A DNA stretch of 64,000 nucleotides from Minutocellus sp. GHC0000111 (taxonomy: Eukaryota), in the NCBI GenBank assembly GCA_977018835.1, contig OZ361258.1:1736001-1800000 (forward strand), in the 5' to 3' direction. Positions within the stretch are counted from its first letter, which is position 1. Each line of letters starts with the position of its first letter. Below, piece after piece: positions 58,368 to 64,000 of this stretch. Below the pieces are notes generated by a model. That model ran no database searches. It saw only the letters and a program-made list of their open reading frames with translations, and was not told the origin of the DNA. A program made the position numbers and the translations under genes.

Positions 58368-59624
58368 TCACCTCTCAGGAACTCGATTGTAGCGATACAA
58401 GGGCACATCTCGTCCTTTGCCTCCGCTCTCGCTAAGTGTGTAGTATCCTAACTCTCGTTGGGCCGCAAAGGCGACCGACTCCCCTCTATATTCGCGCTTG
58501 TAGGGAACCTTGATCCCCTCCCTCGACGACAGGACCATGCCCAAATCTTCCCCTGGCTCGCGGCAGTAGTACAAGATGGAGGCATAGTGCTTAGCGAGGA
58601 CCTCTCGTCCATCGCGGGAGATGTCGGCACCGGTCGCAGGACGAAGGGGCTGGCTCTTCTTCGTTCCCACCCGCACAAGATTCATGGTGGCGTTGCCCTC
58701 CTCGCCCCAGACCCGTTCCGTGCGCCATATGCTCCCATCGTCTCGTGATATCAGGTAGAGATGATGAGTCAGCGGGTCGTACATGAGAGATTCTGCATTG
58801 TGCTGGTGCCCGCCTGGATAGGTGAGGGTGAGAGCATCCCAATCCGTGAGCGATATCGAACCATCGCTGTTGACCTTTTGGGTACTAGTAGCTGCTGAGA
58901 CCGGGGAAGAGGTGCTAGAAAGTGTAGCGACCGAGCTGGCATCTAGCCCTGCATCAGCATCACCACCACCACCACCAATGTCACTGTCAGTCACAATGGG
59001 CTCGGCCACTCTATACACGACAATGTTCTCTCGCTGTCCTCTGGCACCTCCGATATCTCCCACGTAAAGATAATGCTGTCCCTCCACTGGTCCTGAACCA
59101 GCGGCGATGTCTTCATAGTCCAAGGCCTTCGCTCCATCGAGATGGAACATCCTTGCAATGGTCCCATTGTCACGGCTGGCGATGATTGTGGATGTCGGCC
59201 TACCATCGCGCCCACCGTATCGTTGGTAGCCCATGTCATTGTGCGTCCATAGAATGCCTGGATTGATGATTGATGAGACAAGTCCCGATGCCTCGCTGAG
59301 GGTTTTTGAATCCACCAATCCCTGCTCCACTCCTTTCTCAAAGGGAATGAAGGATGAGTCCGGGCAACGAAAGGTTGAACTTTTGGCAGGCGCGGCTTGT
59401 GATTGGCCTGGTTGCTGCTGTGCACGACGACGATGACGACGACGACGAAGATGTCTACTTCTAGAAGTGTCGGGGGGAGAATCAAAAGTAGCGGCGGTGG
59501 CAACACACGAGAAGGCGGACTGCTTCTGCTGCGATGCCGATCCAATCAGCACCGCGGCGAGTATGACCGACCTCATCCGAGGGAAGGAGAGAGATGTTCG
59601 ACTACGGCGGCCGCTCGTCGTCAT
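58368..59624 (-). CDS. Secreted bacterial-type beta-propeller protein
   Basis: Signal; LSEASGL, LWTHND, DYEDIA, LYVGDIG, LTYP...NAESLMYDP, TGADISRDG, GESVAF, YYTLSE; intronless. Confidence 0.72.
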   Translation of the reverse strand: MTTSGRRSRTSLSFPRMRSVILAAVLIGSASQQKQSAFSCVATAATFDSPPDTSRSRHLRRRRHRRRAQQQPGQSQAAPAKSSTFRCPDSSFIPFEKGVEQGLVDSKTLSEASGLVSSIINPGILWTHNDMGYQRYGGRDGRPTSTIIASRDNGTIARMFHLDGAKALDYEDIAAGSGPVEGQHYLYVGDIGGARGQRENIVVYRVAEPIVTDSDIGGGGGDADAGLDASSVATLSSTSSPVSAATSTQKVNSDGSISLTDWDALTLTYPGGHQHNAESLMYDPLTHHLYLISRDDGSIWRTERVWGEEGNATMNLVRVGTKKSQPLRPATGADISRDGREVLAKHYASILYYCREPGEDLGMVLSSREGIKVPYKREYRGESVAFAAQRELGYYTLSESGGKGRDVPLYRYNRVPER

Positions 59625-59875
59625 GTCGCAAACGCAAAGTAAATGAGTGAATGCAGCAGCATGAGATGGTCTGGCCAGGAATTTTACGAGTACTAGTAGT
59701 AGCCTGGCGTATCTATCAAAATCATCAAAGCTTTTCATATTAATAGCACATTTTTTTGCCATTGCTCACATTCGTATTCATCGGTTCGTTCACATTTCAT
59801 TTCTTTCGCACCCACTTGCCAAATAAATACAATAACAGACCCACGCGGCAACCATCCGCGGCGCCCACCCTTCCC

Positions 59876-61717
59876 ATGATCGAGTATGTAAGCGAGGCCA
59901 ACATCGTCGACACAGCCTACGTATCAGACAACTACCCCGATCGCAACTACAATGGCCAATCCTCCGGCTTCGCTCTCATCAGTCAGGAACCTCGTCTCGA
60001 CGCCCTCCTACGCTTTGAGCTGCCCGATGACGTCTTTGCCGCCAGTTCTGATACTAGTATGCCTCAAATTACCGAGGCCATTCTGGAGGTATCGACAGTC
60101 ACTGGCGTCGATCCGATCGGTGCATGGGTGTACCAGAGCACCTATAATGAATGGACGGCAACCGGCGTTTCCTGGAATAGTCTGTTTGGTGACTACGAAT
60201 ACAAGCATTCTGGAACCATGGAATCCACAGATATCGATGGACAATGCATGGCCATTCTAACAGATGTGGTTCCCGTTGACGGCAAATATGTTGTCCTGCG
60301 ACTCGTCGCTGGCAGAGATGATAGCTATTCCGCTCTCGATTTGGATGCCAAGTTATTTGTCAAGTACCTCGTCAAGGAAGAGCAAGTGACAGACGAGGAT
60401 TTGCTAGATGTCATCGATTCCGAGCTAGAGGAGATCGAAAAGATCGAACAAATGGTGGATTCCGGCATCGTCGAGGATGACGAGGAGGTGAGCGACGACG
60501 AAGATGATTCCAGTGATGACGATCACGCCAGATGCAACACCAAGAAAGAGAAGGAATGCCGAGACGAATGCATCGAAGATCGCAAGTGCGAATCCGACGA
60601 TGTACTCAGCCCTTGTCATGGTAGGTGCCGGGAAAAGTGCTGTGCATTCGGTGATGAAGACGAAGTCGAGGAGGATACAGAAGACGGTGGCAATGATAAT
60701 AGAGGAGATGGCAACGAGGAAGAACATATTTTAGGGGAAAGTGACGAGATCGAAGAGACGGAAGAAGAAAGCACCACCACCGAAGGACACAGCCGAAATC
60801 AACATACCTTCCCAATTCAAGAGAATGGTGTGCCCTGCGAAGAATACAACCGACGAAATCCCGAGGGTGTGTACTATGTGAAGATACCGAAGACCGACAC
60901 CTACTATTGGAGTTCCATTGCTTATAGATCCCTGCAGAAGGACAGAGAATGCTTCGTCTCTGCTGAGCACGACGACGCCTACAGTTTGGGCCTCAGGGAC
61001 CGCAATGACTTGAAATCATTCGTATTTACTTTCGTTCGCAATCCTAAAGATTACATCCTGAAGTCATACTTTTACTTCAAAGTGACCAAGAATAGGGAAA
61101 GGCCAACTGCCGAAGGCGTCGCGGAGTACAGCGAAGACTTTGGAAATAAGCAGTCATCTATGATGATGTCTTTGGCCAGTGCGAACGCCTATAGAAGAAA
61201 GGGGATCAAGAGACCAAGCGCGATTGCCTTGGCCAAGGCAATTATTGCAGAATATAACTTCATCGGTCTCGTCGACAAACCTGACGAATCGCTGGTTCTG
61301 ATGCAGCTTCTGCTTGGATTGGAAACCAAGGACATCCTTTACAATCCCTCTCCCCATGCCGGCACGATTAGTCTCTGGAAGGATAACAAGAATATCTGCG
61401 AGGAAGTCAAGAAAGAATATTTGCCCGACGGATCCAAGCAATTCTTCGATTCGGATGATTTCTACAACCAAAATGACGTTGACATCGAGATTTATCATGA
61501 AGTACAAAAGGTGCACGAGGCAACTATCGACATGATCGGTCGCGATAAGTTCGATGAGGCCCTTCGAAAGTACAAGGCAGAAATGAAGGTGGTGGAAGAA
61601 CAGTGCTTGCCCACAGTCCAATACAAATGCAACGAGGCGGGCAAGCGTTGGAAGGACCTCAACAGTTGTGACAAGGAAGGGTGCGATGCCAAGTGTTTAT
61701 CCTCTCTTACATTGTAA
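59876..61717 (+). CDS. DNRLRE/CBM96-like domain plus Cys-rich linker plus sulfotransferase-like domain; possibly 5'-incomplete
   Basis: DTAYVSDNYPDRNY...ALLRFEL...VSWN; VKIPKT, FTFVRNP, YNFIGLV..DESLVLMQLLLGL, NDVDIEIY. Confidence 0.65.
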   Translation: MIEYVSEANIVDTAYVSDNYPDRNYNGQSSGFALISQEPRLDALLRFELPDDVFAASSDTSMPQITEAILEVSTVTGVDPIGAWVYQSTYNEWTATGVSWNSLFGDYEYKHSGTMESTDIDGQCMAILTDVVPVDGKYVVLRLVAGRDDSYSALDLDAKLFVKYLVKEEQVTDEDLLDVIDSELEEIEKIEQMVDSGIVEDDEEVSDDEDDSSDDDHARCNTKKEKECRDECIEDRKCESDDVLSPCHGRCREKCCAFGDEDEVEEDTEDGGNDNRGDGNEEEHILGESDEIEETEEESTTTEGHSRNQHTFPIQENGVPCEEYNRRNPEGVYYVKIPKTDTYYWSSIAYRSLQKDRECFVSAEHDDAYSLGLRDRNDLKSFVFTFVRNPKDYILKSYFYFKVTKNRERPTAEGVAEYSEDFGNKQSSMMMSLASANAYRRKGIKRPSAIALAKAIIAEYNFIGLVDKPDESLVLMQLLLGLETKDILYNPSPHAGTISLWKDNKNICEEVKKEYLPDGSKQFFDSDDFYNQNDVDIEIYHEVQKVHEATIDMIGRDKFDEALRKYKAEMKVVEEQCLPTVQYKCNEAGKRWKDLNSCDKEGCDAKCLSSLTL

Positions 61718-61805
61718 AGCGATTGATTGCAAAGCCAAAGCAGGTGGCAAGGGCGTCGTTATCTATTCGGTCTATTTCTAATTTATTTAGTGTTATTGTA
61801 CAGTA

Positions 61806-64000
61806 TTAGAAAATGGTTTGATTGTAATAGCACTCGTAGCGCGTAGCGTCAATGTCGTGGCGTTTCGATAGCAACTTTTGATATTCGAAGCATTCGCTGA
61901 GATAAAAATAGCTCACGGTCGCCTTCGAACCATCGGCACCGTTGCTGATGATGTCAAGCTGTCCGTCTCCGTTGACATCGGCGAGGACAAGATCGTTCTC
62001 ATCGAACAGAACGATTCCTTCAAAGACCAAATGATTGAGGAAGTTGGCCTTACCGTCGTTCTCAAAGAGGTAGGTGAGACTCAGTTCCTCGGACGTTGCC
62101 ACTATGTCAATGTCTCCGTCGCCGTTCATGTCGGCCGTTACGGCCACCACCACCTCGGGAATGCCGTCGAAGATGACCGTCTTTTCACCAAAGGTATAAT
62201 TGCCATACGGGGACGACGAGGAGGGCAATGGTGGGGGGATCTGTCGGTACCAGCTCACCGAGGCATCGTCGGATGTGGCGGTGACTAGGTCCAGGAGGCC
62301 ATCGCCATCTAGATCCGCCACCGTCACGTACTTGGCCTCCTCTAAGCCGGTAAGAAGCACGGAGTCCTGGTAGGTACCGTCAGGCAATTGTTGAAAAAGA
62401 AAGATGGAACCATCGTCGTCGGATGCGACCAAGGTATCGAGGAGGCCATCGCCATTGAAATCAACAATGTCCAAACCTTCCGGAGTTTGCGGAAGGTCGG
62501 AGATGGTGCTGCGTATAAAGGTGGGGTTAGGGGGTTGTGGCGAAGCAACCGCCGCGGCATCATCGGCTCCATCATCTGCGTCGGCGCTTGCGGTGTCCAC
62601 GCCATTGTTCTCGAACAGCAGGACAAGTCCCATATCTTCCACGACCACCACAATGTCGACCAATCCATCGGCGTTCATGTCGGCCGCACGGATTGATTCC
62701 ATATCGGGCAGCTCCGTGGCCAGGACCTGTCCCGTAAAGGTGATAGGAGAATTGGTATTGTCTTTGTTGTCACGGGGATTCTGCAGGTACAGGTAGAGCG
62801 TCCCCATCTCCTTCTCGCTGACCACCACGTCGGGCAGACCGTCGCCGTTGAAATCGGCCACGTCGACGGACCCGATTTCCAATTCCAGCGCCTCGTCCTC
62901 GAGGGGATGGACGACGTGTCTTCGTATTTCTGTCGTTGTCGTCGTATTTGTCGTTGTTGTTTCTTGTGTGTCATTATCTGCATTTGCTTCATCTCTCGGC
63001 AGGACGATAACCTGCTCCAGATATTCGACGCTGACGTGAGGCCAGTTGAGAGCGGCGATGACGTCAACCTTGGTCGAGTCGGCACCGCCAACGCCACCAC
63101 CGCCGCCGATAACGGTGGCCAGCGCCGCACTGGACAGGTCGTCCCCGACCAGCACATTTTGTTGGACGCATCCTGGGAACAAGTCTGGCTGGGCCTGGAC
63201 TCCGCCGTTGGTACTAGTGTTGCCATTGGCATTGCCATCTGCTCCCACGGTCGCTTCACTTGCACCATTACTGCCACCGCCATCAGTGCTGCCCCTCGCC
63301 GTGACCGCGACGGCCGTGGCAATGGCCACCACGGCCACGACGAAAACGACCACCGCACCCCCCAGCACCATCCTCCGCTTGCTGGCCCGATGCCGATCGT
63401 CGAGCTCTCGCTTCGTCTCCTCCTTGGCCTGATCGACCAGCCGCTGCTCGTGCCGGGCGATGGCATCGGAGTCCATGACGACGACATCGGATGCCGTATT
63501 CGTACCGCTGGCAAGGGTCGGGGCCGTCGTGGCGTGGGCGGATTCGGACCCGACCGACGGCGGCTGCGGTCATCGTTTCGGCCTCGCCTGCGCCTGCGGC
63601 TTCTGCCTCTGCGACCATCTGATGGTCATCCATATCAAAATCAACGTCGTCGTTTACCTCGCTGGCGATCGGTACCGCCACCGCGTCGGTGATGACGGCC
63701 TCGTGCTCATGGTGCTCTACGGACGGCTGCTGGTGGCTACTCATGCTGCTGCCATGACGTTCATGCCTCGAACCTCCTCCAGCTCCTCCACCGCCAACTC
63801 CGGCCGCCTCGACGACGGCACCGGACGAGGCGGCGGACGACAGGCCGTCCAGGGGGGTGGGGAAGACGCGGAACGCGCCCGGCTGCGATTGCGATCGGGA
63901 GGATGCGGCAGACGCGGACGCGGACGCGGACGCCGAAGCTGGAGGATTGGGAGTGGGAGGGATCTCCTCCGTGTCCTCCTTGCGACTGCCGCCACCAATA
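61806..64000 (-). CDS. Single-pass membrane protein with FG-GAP/VCBS repeats; 5' end beyond window; frameshift at about 63553
   Basis: Six DxNGDGxxD-type repeats after a TM helix. The upstream frame (QPGAFRV...MSSHQQ) stays open to 64000. Confidence 0.82.

Overview
Eukaryotic nuclear DNA, most likely from a diatom. This is inferred from short GT-AG introns, signal-peptide+F bipartite plastid-targeting motifs, diatom-type gene families and gene-dense packing. About 24 host genes are present: GAF hybrid histidine kinase, GPN2, amino-acid transporter, ABCF, DMT, prolyl 4-hydroxylase, PI4K, multicopper oxidase, PHO84-like, beta-helix, FKBP-EF, SV2-like MFS, AGM1/PGM3, GT2, beta-propeller, sulfotransferase-like, FG-GAP and several unknowns. 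There are three transposons: an 8.7-kb tyrosine-recombinase (Ngaro/DIRS-like) retrotransposon with an unusual A-C-A-D...C-A-D repeat layout, a 5.1-kb DD39D Tc1/mariner DNA transposon, and a 178-bp MITE. The strongest signal is that both long transposons, but not the host genes or the MITE, show tracts of TpA->CpA/TpG hypermutation on both strands. It converts conserved Tyr to His/Cys, including the RT YIDD tyrosine and the recombinase catalytic Tyr, and spares CTA/TAG contexts. This looks like a repeat-directed genome-defence mutator of opposite polarity to fungal RIP. About ten host genes also carry short duplications, deletions or a stop, which could be a decaying haplotype or assembly error. 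All counts are by hand and all family assignments are by motif recognition only.
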